From a virus (Duplodnaviria; Heunggongvirae; Uroviricota; Caudoviricetes): a stretch of DNA of 64,000 nt. Below are positions 1 through 10,370 of the stretch, piece after piece; position 1 is the stretch's first letter, and every line of letters begins with the position of its first letter. The notes below the pieces were generated by a model. It was not told the origin of the DNA, searched no databases, and worked only from the letters and a program-made list of their open reading frames with translations. Made by a program: the position numbers and the translations under genes. Location of the stretch: IMG/VR virus record IMGVR_UViG_3300009165_000005; one strand, written 5' to 3'.

Positions 1-85
1 GCAGCCTTTATTGGGAGCGTTTTTGGATTTTCGGATGATTGGATTGATGACTCAGGTCGTAGGATCAATCCCTGACTACAGTCCG

Positions 86-733
86 TCAAAAAGTGAGGCG
101 CCAAATGACAGTCAAGGTCGAAGTCTCAGGCTTGTTCTGAACTTTGAACACAAAATAGTTGGCTAACGTCTCTTTGGTGGTCAAGTCCACTGTCGGATCG
201 TAAGGACCATTCGGAGGCGTAACTGGATTCCGAATCGACATATTTGTCGAGATGGTCCCACCGAGGATTCCCATCTCGACAAGCGGCCCAACCGCCTCAG
301 ACTCTGTGAATGTGGTTACGAGGTCAACCACGTTCGTGGGGATCGCTGTTGGGTTGCCGAGGGAATCGACGAAGTTCGATGAGGTGAATACCTTACGAGT
401 CAACTCCGCGAAAAGAGAACGCTGAGTGATCGTTGGTGCTGGGGGTGCCATCGGGTTCCACCCTGTATCCCCAGTCCCAACCGCAAGACACAAGCCACCG
501 TGTAGCCCAGTCTCAGCGTTGTTCTTGAAAAGACGCGCAACCAAGATGGAGGCATCCCGAACTACAAGGTTCTTGTAATGTCGTTGCTCCTGAATCTCGC
601 CAGTCTTTCCATCTCGAAGGGTAAAGAAAACCTCTCCCTTCTTGATTGATGAGAACCGATCTGCATAGCGAACGGTCATTCCCATGAGGATGGACTCTTG
701 GATCTTCCTGAAAGTGTCTCTGACGCGGATCAT
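86..733 (-). CDS. putative baseplate/tail-fibre attachment (collar-like) protein
   Basis: ATG at 733 with GGAG upstream. Motifs NLVV..AS.LVARL, AVGTGDTGW, L.AEL.RK, EAVGPLVEMG and K....LTVIWRLTF resemble myophage tail-fibre-proximal/wedge proteins. Last gene of the baseplate block in the window. Confidence 0.55.
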   Translation of the reverse strand: MIRVRDTFRKIQESILMGMTVRYADRFSSIKKGEVFFTLRDGKTGEIQEQRHYKNLVVRDASILVARLFKNNAETGLHGGLCLAVGTGDTGWNPMAPPAPTITQRSLFAELTRKVFTSSNFVDSLGNPTAIPTNVVDLVTTFTESEAVGPLVEMGILGGTISTNMSIRNPVTPPNGPYDPTVDLTTKETLANYFVFKVQNKPETSTLTVIWRLTF

Positions 734-758
734 CACCTACTCCAATCTATAAAAAAAG

Positions 759-3700
759 TCACACCTCTGGGTTTAACAGAACCCCTGACTCACCAGAGAA
801 GTTGACAGCCAAGGACACCACAGGTGGACTGAACACCATTGACACCTGATCGTCCGAGAACGCCGACAGTAGACCATTCTCTCCAGAAGACCGCTCAACT
901 ACCTCGAGCCTGTTGTAGAGGACCCCTTGAGGTACTTGGAACGGTGGTATACCACTCTTACGAACCTCAAAGGTCTGCGTAGAGGGTACCAATGGAGTGC
1001 CCTCATAGAGCTTCGTGAAGGCATGTACGTCAGGGTTGTTGACATACTCGTTCCAGAGATAAGGTACCCCAGTAGAAGCCGACGAATACTGAGTATGGTT
1101 GTGAGGAACCTGCCCAAATAGATGCTCCGGAGAGCACATGACGTTTCGTTGGTTCGATACCTGGTGCGGGGGTACAGCTTGGACTTCGATTGGAGATCTG
1201 GTAATCCCATACTGGAGTAAACCCCATGCCGTCTGCGATAGGTTCGTGGGATCGAAAGCTCCCCACGTAACCGAAGGCAGGCCTCGATTGATCGTCGAAG
1301 GCAGTCCAACTGAACTCGAGGGAAGAGTCGTAGGCCTGTACTCAACTTGAATGAGGGGTATTATGCTTGAGTCTACAAAGAGATTTACGAAACCAGTAGG
1401 ATCCCTGAGCAGTTGGTAAACGTGATTCGTTTCCCAGTCGAGTTGTGACGGAATTCGATAGTCAACGATGGTCTGCCCAGGTTGCGTGAAGGGGGTGGTG
1501 ATTGTGATTGTGTCGGTTCCAACGGAATCTACCTCGTAAACTCCTCGATTGCTTCCACCATCGATGATCAGATCATCCCCCGGCATGACTCCTGACGTCG
1601 TGAAGTCTGCTAGTAGGTCTTGTAGCTGGTTGCCAGCAGTCCTAGCGGAGCCACTCACTCTGACGGGTAGGTAATAACCCAGAAGGCTATTAGCATCGAA
1701 CCCCTTCCAGATCCCAAGGTAGTGACGAACCCCAGAGATCGGTTGAGCCCTCCAACCATTCACATAGTACCAGTCAACAACTGACAGGGATTGGCTACTA
1801 CTAGTTGTAGATGACCCGAAGGAGAAGGTAGGAATAGCCGAGGGTACTGTGGTGAACCCAGAGTAAACATGAGATCCAACGAACACTCCATCCACAAACA
1901 GGGTAACTAAATCTGCAGAAGCGTTCTTGGTTACCCTATAGACATGCGGCTGATGGTCATCCCAATTGAAGGCAAAGGACTGGACTACAACCCCATCAGA
2001 GTGGAAAGCTACTTGAGGGTTGGGATCCTTTCGAAGCATCAACCCAACAGTCTTCAGCCCATCGTAGACGTCAACAGTGGCTCCACAGAAATGATCTGCT
2101 GTTAAATCTGGAGTGGACGAGATAACTGCGCACTTGAACTCGAACAGATAGTCATTCGCAAGAATCTCGTAGCTCGTACTAGTGGAGACAGGGGTTGGGA
2201 ACGAACCCTCAATGGTGATTGTCGTCGTAGTTACACCACTGATCTGATAGGACCCAGCATTGACGCCACTAGTGATATTGAGGGTGTCCCCAGGCTGGAC
2301 TGAAACCAAGATGAAGTTGGCTGCAGTATCTGTGAATAGACTCCCAGCCATACTGACTGAGGTCGTCGTTGGCGCAACTTTGAACGAAGCGAAGATTCGA
2401 TTTGCCGATCCGATAGGCTCGAGGTCTTCAATGGCAAAGACTCGACCATCTACCAAGCTAGTATCCTCGATACGGAGGGTCCTACCAATCATGTAGGCTA
2501 GGGATCCCCCAAGAGAAGTCCAAGGACGAGGAGCAGCCTCTTGGGGAAGAGATCTACCTGGGTAGCTGATCTTCGGTTGACCTCTTGTCGGGAAGAAGCA
2601 GAGCTGAACCAAACGGTTGCCGTCATCCACCGCTACCATCGACGCATTTGGAGTAATTCCATGGGTCAAGGTTCTAAGGGAGACTTCGAAATCCACAACA
2701 GTATTGGAGGCAACACTCAGTAGGGGCTCAATCCTAGTGAACCCCTTGAAGTCACCGCCAATCAAACCAACCTCTTCGGAAGTAGCTAGATCAGTAGCTG
2801 AAGTCGAATCCAGGATGAAGTCCCCGCCAAGTAGGCTCTCGTTCCCGTGATATCCGACAGGAGTCCAGGGGGCAGAAGCATTCTCTGGAAGTACCGTTGG
2901 TGTGTAGGAGACAAATGAGGACGGTGCACTCTGCTGGGGGTTGGTGGGGAGAACCAAGTAGTGCAGGAAGTCCCAGTCACTCTGGTTCGAGGCCTGACGA
3001 CTCAAAGACCCAAAGAAGATGTTCTGGATCTCATTGAAAGAGTCGTTCAACTCCTCGAGATAAGGGAGTTGATCCTCTGAGATTATCAAACTAGCTACGA
3101 CCTCACCGTCGGCATAGAAGTACACCACCCCGCCGGTATCCCTAAATAGGCGGTAGGAGTGCAGCACAGACCAGTCGAATTCAACCGGAGCCCCCGTTGG
3201 GTTGCCTAGACTATCGACACCCCCTGACCACCCTACAAGAAGGGCTGGGTTGTCCCCATGCCCTTTGGTTAGGAACCCGATCTTACGTACCCCACCATCC
3301 AACAAGTAGCCTAGGATAACAACTCGGTTGCTATCGGACCATCCGGTACAAACTCCAGTGAAGACGCCATCCGGAGTCGTACTGTCGATTCTCAAGCGCC
3401 AGGTCGTCGCATAGGCATGAGGGAAGGTTAGGTCGATTCCTCGAGTCCAGTAGAAGGGCTGACCCCCTGGGAAAGGCCCTACCGTGTTGCTAGTGACTGA
3501 TAGGATTCCACCAGAGACTGAAGCGGTCCCCGTACCTTTACGAACCCACGGATTTGTCAGGTCAGATTCTGGAAGGGTATGGGCATCATAGGCAACCGAT
3601 ACCTCGGAGATCTTACGAGACAGTGGAGGATAGGCAATACGGTTCTTAGGGGTATTCAGTCGCAGAAGAGTAGGATCGTTGGAAGCCGCCGTATAAGCTC

Positions 3701-4958
3701 TCTCGTACGCTCGATAGAACAGTTCTCGGAGGATAGGCTGGGGCTTAGGAGCTCGGAGATCATTGAGTGTGATCCTGGCGTTGGCATTGGATGTTGATTG
3801 GATGGCATTTCGATACGGGAATGCCTTACCACTAACGCCATGCGTCCTATTCCATCGATTGGCTGAGAACTCCTGCGAGTTCAACCTACGAATCTCAACA
3901 GTAGGGTCATTTATCCACGAGTAGTCAACCGAGATCGTCGAGCCAGGAGCTGGAGGGGTTACGAGAACGATTTGCCCAAGCAAGCCTACTATGAAGTCAA
4001 CAGGCACTGGAGTCCCGTTGACCCTGACGACCGCGTCGGATGGGTTATCTGCAATGAACCCAGTGTTCAGATCAACCACTGCCCAATAGTTAGTCAGAAT
4101 GTTGTTGCTGGGATCCGAAGCTGGGGCCCTGAAACTAGCCTGAACCGCTACCCTTGTCGGACTGATTACTGAAAGGATCTTGTAATCTCCACCGTTGACT
4201 GGATCTACCACTCCAAGAGAGGTTTCCAGTCTCAAGTACATCCCAACATGGCTCGAGGTCAAACTGGCTCCAGTGAGGGTTACCTCACTAGTAGTCACAT
4301 CCCCAAAGAAGCGAACCGGAGTGGTCTGGACAGCCCAACGATTCCCAGATTGAACGATGTACTCGGGTTTGGTTATCGGACCCTTGTTGGTGAATATGGA
4401 TCTGTCGGCATAAGGGACTAGAGTTGAGAAAAACTTTAGTCCGGCAGCTAACAAGTACAACTCAATGGAACGGATCCCCCCGACAACAGTAGCCAAGTAG
4501 GTACCTTCTATGATTCCAGCTACACGCAAGGCAACCGAATCAGGGCCTACAGTGAAGACCTCGAGAATTGTTACAACAGAAGGTCCAGTAACTGTGTAGG
4601 AAGTTGGATTCAAAAGCGTTGAGTCAATACTGAGATTCTTGTTGAAGACAAGAATCAGCAAACTACTGTTGAGTACCAGATATGCAGAGCTCAAATTGAA
4701 GTCTGATACCCCCGGATAGAAGCTGATACTGGAGGTACCATTCAACGATGAATTCAAAGCATAATGCACCCTAGAAGTGAGGGTTGCACTCGAGGATCCG
4801 TTCAGGGTGATGCTTAGGTTCTGTTTCTTCCCACCAGTAAGTACAGCACTCGAAGAACCATTAAACGTAACCGCAAGATCAACAGTTGAAAATCCAGAGC
4901 CTAAGAGGATGTTTCCAGGTTGGCTATTCTCTGTACCAAGTAGTCCAGTTAGGGCCAT
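759..4958 (-). CDS. large baseplate wedge / receptor-binding structural protein (1399 aa) with several LamG/ConA-like beta-sandwich domains
   Basis: Beta-rich sequence. Repeated DW...H.YRL.R.....V..FVDG segments (DWSVLHSYRLFRD, NWDDHQPHVYRVTK, DWETNHVYQLLRD). Lies after the gpJ/gpI-like genes. Confidence 0.55.
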   Translation of the reverse strand: MALTGLLGTENSQPGNILLGSGFSTVDLAVTFNGSSSAVLTGGKKQNLSITLNGSSSATLTSRVHYALNSSLNGTSSISFYPGVSDFNLSSAYLVLNSSLLILVFNKNLSIDSTLLNPTSYTVTGPSVVTILEVFTVGPDSVALRVAGIIEGTYLATVVGGIRSIELYLLAAGLKFFSTLVPYADRSIFTNKGPITKPEYIVQSGNRWAVQTTPVRFFGDVTTSEVTLTGASLTSSHVGMYLRLETSLGVVDPVNGGDYKILSVISPTRVAVQASFRAPASDPSNNILTNYWAVVDLNTGFIADNPSDAVVRVNGTPVPVDFIVGLLGQIVLVTPPAPGSTISVDYSWINDPTVEIRRLNSQEFSANRWNRTHGVSGKAFPYRNAIQSTSNANARITLNDLRAPKPQPILRELFYRAYERAYTAASNDPTLLRLNTPKNRIAYPPLSRKISEVSVAYDAHTLPESDLTNPWVRKGTGTASVSGGILSVTSNTVGPFPGGQPFYWTRGIDLTFPHAYATTWRLRIDSTTPDGVFTGVCTGWSDSNRVVILGYLLDGGVRKIGFLTKGHGDNPALLVGWSGGVDSLGNPTGAPVEFDWSVLHSYRLFRDTGGVVYFYADGEVVASLIISEDQLPYLEELNDSFNEIQNIFFGSLSRQASNQSDWDFLHYLVLPTNPQQSAPSSFVSYTPTVLPENASAPWTPVGYHGNESLLGGDFILDSTSATDLATSEEVGLIGGDFKGFTRIEPLLSVASNTVVDFEVSLRTLTHGITPNASMVAVDDGNRLVQLCFFPTRGQPKISYPGRSLPQEAAPRPWTSLGGSLAYMIGRTLRIEDTSLVDGRVFAIEDLEPIGSANRIFASFKVAPTTTSVSMAGSLFTDTAANFILVSVQPGDTLNITSGVNAGSYQISGVTTTTITIEGSFPTPVSTSTSYEILANDYLFEFKCAVISSTPDLTADHFCGATVDVYDGLKTVGLMLRKDPNPQVAFHSDGVVVQSFAFNWDDHQPHVYRVTKNASADLVTLFVDGVFVGSHVYSGFTTVPSAIPTFSFGSSTTSSSQSLSVVDWYYVNGWRAQPISGVRHYLGIWKGFDANSLLGYYLPVRVSGSARTAGNQLQDLLADFTTSGVMPGDDLIIDGGSNRGVYEVDSVGTDTITITTPFTQPGQTIVDYRIPSQLDWETNHVYQLLRDPTGFVNLFVDSSIIPLIQVEYRPTTLPSSSVGLPSTINRGLPSVTWGAFDPTNLSQTAWGLLQYGITRSPIEVQAVPPHQVSNQRNVMCSPEHLFGQVPHNHTQYSSASTGVPYLWNEYVNNPDVHAFTKLYEGTPLVPSTQTFEVRKSGIPPFQVPQGVLYNRLEVVERSSGENGLLSAFSDDQVSMVFSPPVVSLAVNFSGESGVLLNPEV

Positions 4959-4967
4959 CAGATCCTC

Positions 4968-5780
4968 TTAGAAGTCACCAGTGTGGTTTTCGCCAATTAC
5001 GAGTTGGTTGATCTTACGACCCATCCGGTCTTGGTCCAACAACCCATGAGAGTACACTCTAAAATCCTCGTAATAGTAAGTAGACAAGCTACCTCTCGAT
5101 GAGTCTAGGATCCCCAAACCACTGTTCGGGTTGTAGTGATCTGTGAAGACGTAGCGAATCCTGAACAAGGTGTGAGCGGGTCGAATAATGTCCAGAAGGA
5201 GCCGTACGTTAGCCTCCAAAGTGAAGGTATCATCCGGGAACCCAGTGGTAGTGTCGGTAACGTCAACCTGGAAACCAAACTCATCTGAGATATCCAACCC
5301 AGACGCAGGGATCCGAGCAAGGAGGAAGTTCTCTTTGAGAGTAGTAGTGTTCGAGAAGAACAGCTTAACCCCCTCAAGTAACGCAGAAGGAATCGACCCC
5401 TGGAAGTAGATCCCAATCACATTGAGAAGGAACTGTCGGAATTGCTCATCATCGAAGTCGGTCTTCGGCAATTGCCCGTTCATGAAGACCATGTACCCAA
5501 TCAAGGTGTACAAGAATTCAGTGCGAGTCGTGTGAAAGTCTATGTCGAATTTGACATCTTCAAGAGCTAGCTCGAGACGTGCTAGCTCAAGCGAGACAGC
5601 CTTAACCTCGACAGTGTAATTAGGGCCCTCCACCGTAGAGATGTAGTTACTACCTAAAAGGTCCAACAAGTTCTTGAAAATGCTCTGAGTCCTCTGAATC
5701 AGGCGTAGGTTGTACTCCTTCCCCGATTGAGGTATGGTATGATTCAGTCTATTCGGGTCGTTTACGAACCTGTCAGCCAT
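4968..5780 (-). CDS. baseplate wedge protein, P2 gpI / T4 gp7-like
   Basis: Directly follows and overlaps the gpJ-like gene. Carries the DDEQFRQFL and LLDIIRPAHT motifs typical of gpI-like proteins. Confidence 0.6.
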   Translation of the reverse strand: MADRFVNDPNRLNHTIPQSGKEYNLRLIQRTQSIFKNLLDLLGSNYISTVEGPNYTVEVKAVSLELARLELALEDVKFDIDFHTTRTEFLYTLIGYMVFMNGQLPKTDFDDEQFRQFLLNVIGIYFQGSIPSALLEGVKLFFSNTTTLKENFLLARIPASGLDISDEFGFQVDVTDTTTGFPDDTFTLEANVRLLLDIIRPAHTLFRIRYVFTDHYNPNSGLGILDSSRGSLSTYYYEDFRVYSHGLLDQDRMGRKINQLVIGENHTGDF

Positions 5781-8700
5781 TACGAGACCCCGAGTAGGTG
5801 ATGGTGAAGTCCCCTAGAGTAACGAACTCTACGCTAGCTGCAGGTATATCATGGGACCCTGAGTCACCACGAATCACATAGGAGACCGTATAGGAGTGAT
5901 TCGTGGGCAGGTCTGGAATTACTCCGTAACCTGCGATTGAGATGACTATGTGATTGGCGGTTCTCCTAAGAAGCTCAGCTCGTTGAGTGGCTGCAGTCGT
6001 AAACCCAGCAGCCACGAGGGTAGCCGTGTCCGTGTAGCCGTTGATCACAGCCCCACTAGCTCCGATGATGAAAGCTTGTTTCGCGGCCAAGGCTACCTGA
6101 CTCAGAGAGCTAACCAGGGTCATGGTCTCATCATCCTGGAAGACCCCCTTATGCTCAGTGGTCAACCCTCCACCATCCGTAGTGGGGAAAGCCAAGGGGG
6201 TGGTCAGAAGGTAAGCAATGTTACTGCCGCTATTGAGGGAGGTGAGCTCCAAGTATGCTGAGGTCAACCCTTCTCGGAGCTTCCTCGAGCCATCTGCATA
6301 GGACATACGAGCCATCGGAACCACGAGGTAGTCCACCCCTTGAGACTCATCAATCGCTCGAATGATGTCCGCTTGAGCCAGACCACGCCCAATGAGTCTC
6401 TTGTTGGTCTCAAGACTAGTATTGGTTCGGATATCGGGATCCGCCAAGTCCTTGGTCGCTCCGGATAGAAGTTGGACTGTGGTTTCAATAACCACTGAGT
6501 TGTCAATGGCTTGCTTGATGATCACGTCAGCCGTAGTGTGTCGTTTGCTATTTACAGTCCTTTGAAGCTGTTGCAGCAAGTCATTGATGACATAAGTCAC
6601 CGTGAAGTTCTCATCGTGAGCGTAGTCTACAGAGACGGTTGATCCATTGACAATATTCGAAGTAGCGGTCCTTGAGATCTTAGCGGGTGTCGTTGCCTCT
6701 CCCTCTATAACCTCGTAATCCGGAATGGTTGTATCAGGACCGTTGTACTCCACCGTTCGGTCACTACTGAAGACACGAATGCTCTTGGTATTGACCCCAA
6801 TGCTACCCAAAGGTTCGGGCTGGGCTCCAATCAGAACATGGATTTCGTTATTGACCTGGATGCTAGCTCCGGAAGGAACCCCTCCGAGCTGATTGATTGA
6901 GAGGTAGTCGGTCGAGATTGTGCTCTCCCCCTCAAGTAAAGGATCTGCTGTCTTGTACAGCGTATAGCCCAGAGAGTTGTTGAGAGCCCCAGAGATCTCA
7001 CCTACTACGGAGACCACCCGTCGGACTGGCTGGAAACTAAACTGGAACTGATTGATACTCCTGAAGCGATAGTCCGCCGTGACCACATCATCGAAGTTGG
7101 TAACCACTTGACCCGGAATACTCGCATTGATTTGGAAGGTTTGATAGTCCAGGATAGTGACCCCAGATAGCAAGTAATTCAGACCCTGAGTGACATTACG
7201 AACCCCAAAACCGAGAGTGAGATTGTCCAAGATCTCAGTGATAGGTGTCGTGGCGGTGACCCGACTGTCTTGAACTCGGAAGATCAGGTTGGTGGCATCG
7301 AGGACGATGCAAACAATGTCTCGAGCAATGTCGTAGGTAAACGCAAATCTCTCGAAAACCTGACGTTCCTGAAGTCCTTGGATCCAGATGTCAACCTTAC
7401 CTCCAATGTGCTTATGACGTACCTCATCGTAGTCCCGCATCATCAAGGCATCCCCACTCTTGACGATCTTAGACTTCACGATCCCAATCTGATCCGAAGC
7501 AGTGGAAGCATACCCACCAGCGGTCCCAGTATCCACTGAATACCCGAGAAGGCATCGAGTCGCCAAATCTGAGTTGCTCTCACGGTCCGAACCAAACACA
7601 GTGGCTTCAGTGTTGGTGACTTGGAAACCTGACACCCCTTGAACGTTAGTAATTTGTCCGGCAGGTCTATTACCATCAGAACCAACGGTCTCTGCGATGA
7701 TGTCTACTGTGATCTCGTATCTCTTGGTATCGAAGTTGTAGTAGTTGTCAGAGGTGGCAGCCAACATCACGTAGGACCCACCGACTCTAAATCGAACCGA
7801 TGGAATTCCTAGGGATGAGTCAGCGGTGGTGGAAACAATGGTCCCAGTTGGGATAGGTAAATCAAAGGCGGGCTTGGTTGTCGTGTAGAACACTTCCTGC
7901 CCGAAGGCGGGACGTCCTGCCAACCTTGTCTTGTTGATGTTCCCTGCCAACTTGTCGAAAGCTGAATCGATGAGGCTCTGAACAGCATCATTCGTCGTGT
8001 AGCCAAGGGCTGCCTTGAGAGCAGTCTTGTATGAGCTACCCGATACTGGATCCGAAACCCCATCCCCGTTGGCATCATCAATCTGCAATAGAGTCAAGAA
8101 GCTCTGGGTTCGATTGACGAAATCGACTAGAAAGTACAATCTCTCTGCCTCAGAGCTGAAGGGGTCAATCGAGACATCTCTCGTGGTCGATCCTGGGAGG
8201 AGACTAATTTCAGTGTTCACCCTCTGAATAGCACTCACATAGTCCGTGACCACCTGGAATTGAGTTCTTCCTGGTAGAGACTTGACGGAGGTATCAATGA
8301 TCAGAGGACTACCCAATACCTCTTGAGAGAAGGCGCTCTCGACCTCCTCTCCTGTCAGAGGGTCGAAGTACACCCCAGTGACCACGTAGTACAGGGGATC
8401 AGTGTCGGCAACTCCAGACCATTGATCATCATTAATGCTATCCGAAGTACCCGTGCGAACGTGGTTGAACTCAATGAACTCCGTGAGGGAGTAGTCTTCG
8501 AAGGTTGAGTTGAATCGAATCTTGTTGTTGTAAACCGAGGTCGCGTAAGTCTGATCCAACTTGGTAGAGGTGACGTTGCCAAACTCATCCTTACTGAGTA
8601 CTTGAACCGCTAGAAACTCATCCCCAGCATCGAAGATGGTCTGATCTGCAGCGAACTGGGTAGCGTTCTCTTCGTAGATGGTTGACTTGGCCGAGACAGT

Positions 8701-9225
8701 AGTAGCGTTGATCTTGTAGTAACCAGTGGTGCCGCCGGCTGACGTAGAGGCGTAGAAGTTGTACCCAACGAAGTTGCTGGGAAGGGGAACCCCAGAGGTG
8801 CTGAACCTCTGGACCGGAAGAGCCGCCAGAATCTTGGTCGAGCCTCGAAGTCTTCTAACCCTTATTCCCGAAGGTGTCTCAACCTGTAGGACACTCGATT
8901 GACTGATGAGGGTTACTGAAACCGTAGACGGAACGCTGACCCCTCCAACAATGTCAATGGTCCTAATCCGAATAGTGTTCAACCCAGGAGTTAGAGCTAG
9001 ACCATCAGGGTAGCTATTCAGGTTGGGAACCGTGAACCCAGGCAAGTTGAAGTCAACGAGCGTGGAGTCTGAAACGTAAGCAGCCCCGTTGATTGACACC
9101 TGAATATCAGAGGTCGAACTGTTAACCGTACCTTGAATCACTATAGACTCTTGGTTTGTCGTGAAAACAAGGTTCGTAGTGTAACCAGAACCATCCCGGA
9201 GCAGAATCTGTGGTGCGGTAGCCAT
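5773..9225 (-). CDS. baseplate J-like wedge protein (P2 gpJ / T4 gp6 family) with N-terminal Ig/FN3-like extension
   Basis: PGSTTRDV.IDP, FDKLAGN...TR, IPTGTIVST, GSDGN.PAGQI, VTNTEAT.FGSDRESNSDLATR and GGKVDIW are characteristic baseplate-J motifs. Confidence 0.85.
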   Translation of the reverse strand: MATAPQILLRDGSGYTTNLVFTTNQESIVIQGTVNSSTSDIQVSINGAAYVSDSTLVDFNLPGFTVPNLNSYPDGLALTPGLNTIRIRTIDIVGGVSVPSTVSVTLISQSSVLQVETPSGIRVRRLRGSTKILAALPVQRFSTSGVPLPSNFVGYNFYASTSAGGTTGYYKINATTVSAKSTIYEENATQFAADQTIFDAGDEFLAVQVLSKDEFGNVTSTKLDQTYATSVYNNKIRFNSTFEDYSLTEFIEFNHVRTGTSDSINDDQWSGVADTDPLYYVVTGVYFDPLTGEEVESAFSQEVLGSPLIIDTSVKSLPGRTQFQVVTDYVSAIQRVNTEISLLPGSTTRDVSIDPFSSEAERLYFLVDFVNRTQSFLTLLQIDDANGDGVSDPVSGSSYKTALKAALGYTTNDAVQSLIDSAFDKLAGNINKTRLAGRPAFGQEVFYTTTKPAFDLPIPTGTIVSTTADSSLGIPSVRFRVGGSYVMLAATSDNYYNFDTKRYEITVDIIAETVGSDGNRPAGQITNVQGVSGFQVTNTEATVFGSDRESNSDLATRCLLGYSVDTGTAGGYASTASDQIGIVKSKIVKSGDALMMRDYDEVRHKHIGGKVDIWIQGLQERQVFERFAFTYDIARDIVCIVLDATNLIFRVQDSRVTATTPITEILDNLTLGFGVRNVTQGLNYLLSGVTILDYQTFQINASIPGQVVTNFDDVVTADYRFRSINQFQFSFQPVRRVVSVVGEISGALNNSLGYTLYKTADPLLEGESTISTDYLSINQLGGVPSGASIQVNNEIHVLIGAQPEPLGSIGVNTKSIRVFSSDRTVEYNGPDTTIPDYEVIEGEATTPAKISRTATSNIVNGSTVSVDYAHDENFTVTYVINDLLQQLQRTVNSKRHTTADVIIKQAIDNSVVIETTVQLLSGATKDLADPDIRTNTSLETNKRLIGRGLAQADIIRAIDESQGVDYLVVPMARMSYADGSRKLREGLTSAYLELTSLNSGSNIAYLLTTPLAFPTTDGGGLTTEHKGVFQDDETMTLVSSLSQVALAAKQAFIIGASGAVINGYTDTATLVAAGFTTAATQRAELLRRTANHIVISIAGYGVIPDLPTNHSYTVSYVIRGDSGSHDIPAASVEFVTLGDFTITYSGSRNG

Positions 9226-9233
9226 ACTACGCC

Positions 9234-10370
9234 TTATTGAACCAATGAGTAGTTTTGCAAGTTGCTGACGATCTCTTGCTGAGCCGTCGCCCCGAGCAGG
9301 TTATTTGGGTACGGGAGACGCAACCCACGAACCAATTGAATAGGTTTCAGGGACCTATTCGTAACGGTGACCGTGATGAACAACACTGTCGGATCATTTT
9401 GACTTTGCTCCAGCTTGACTCCCTGCAACTGGAACGGAAACTCTTCGTCAGAGACAATTTGACCAACTGTCTCCTCCTGTTGCTTCTTAATGGATTGCCA
9501 CCTTCCGAATGCCGTATAGATGTCTGAGGTGATTCTGTTCTGAAGAATCCCTCCTATTACGAGCTTGTCACCAATTTGATCGACAATCCGAGTCCCGTAC
9601 CAAGTATGGAAGGAGTTCGTTCCTGTGATGGTATAGATAATCTTCTGCAATTCCTGAATCAGAAGGATCTCATCTCGTACCTGGACAACCTCCCCCGTGA
9701 CACTGTACCGCCAATCGTGCTCTACCCCAAGGCCTCCACACCTACGGCACTCTTCTCGTATCGTTGTGTAGTCGATCTCAAGATAGTTCAGATCTGCACG
9801 AAGTGGCTCTTCAAAGACAATCAAACGAAGAGGACGATCATTGAGGGTGTTGATTTTCTGAACCAAGGACCATCCAGGGATTACCTTCTTCCCTATGAAG
9901 CTCCGATTGACAGGGATCCCAAGTGCAGTTGCTAGTGTGCTACTCGAGTCGATGAAGATAGTTGCACTTGGACCAATCAAATTGGATCTGAACTGAATCC
10001 TGTTGTTGGTCGTGAAGAATCGAACTCCATTCACTCTAGTGTTGATCTGCAAAGCCAAGTGATCTGGCTGAATTCGATACCCCCCAGGGATTCGAATATC
10101 CTGCCATGCATCAGCCCCAACCTTGATCCTAAGACGATCGTTTACCCCCGCAGAAATCGTAAATGGACCCGACCTGAGCCCCCCAGATTGAGCTGGAGTC
10201 TGCACCCCATAGGAGGGTACGTTCGTCACCCCATTTACTCGAACCACAACCGAGTTACTGGATGCGATGGGTCGCATTGGGGTGGCAACTTGTCTATCCC
10301 CACGCAGCAACAAGTACTCCTCAACAACCAAGTGAGGGCACAACTGCTCTAATTGCCGATCATAGCTCAT
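9234..10370 (-). CDS. baseplate sheath-initiator, T4 gp25 / P2 gpW-like, with N-terminal sheath-like module and CxxC
   Basis: C-terminal LIQELQKIIYT..GTN.FH.WYGT.I matches the gp25 pattern. Sits just upstream of gpJ. Contains CRRCGG. Confidence 0.7.
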   Translation of the reverse strand: MSYDRQLEQLCPHLVVEEYLLLRGDRQVATPMRPIASSNSVVVRVNGVTNVPSYGVQTPAQSGGLRSGPFTISAGVNDRLRIKVGADAWQDIRIPGGYRIQPDHLALQINTRVNGVRFFTTNNRIQFRSNLIGPSATIFIDSSSTLATALGIPVNRSFIGKKVIPGWSLVQKINTLNDRPLRLIVFEEPLRADLNYLEIDYTTIREECRRCGGLGVEHDWRYSVTGEVVQVRDEILLIQELQKIIYTITGTNSFHTWYGTRIVDQIGDKLVIGGILQNRITSDIYTAFGRWQSIKKQQEETVGQIVSDEEFPFQLQGVKLEQSQNDPTVLFITVTVTNRSLKPIQLVRGLRLPYPNNLLGATAQQEIVSNLQNYSLVQ

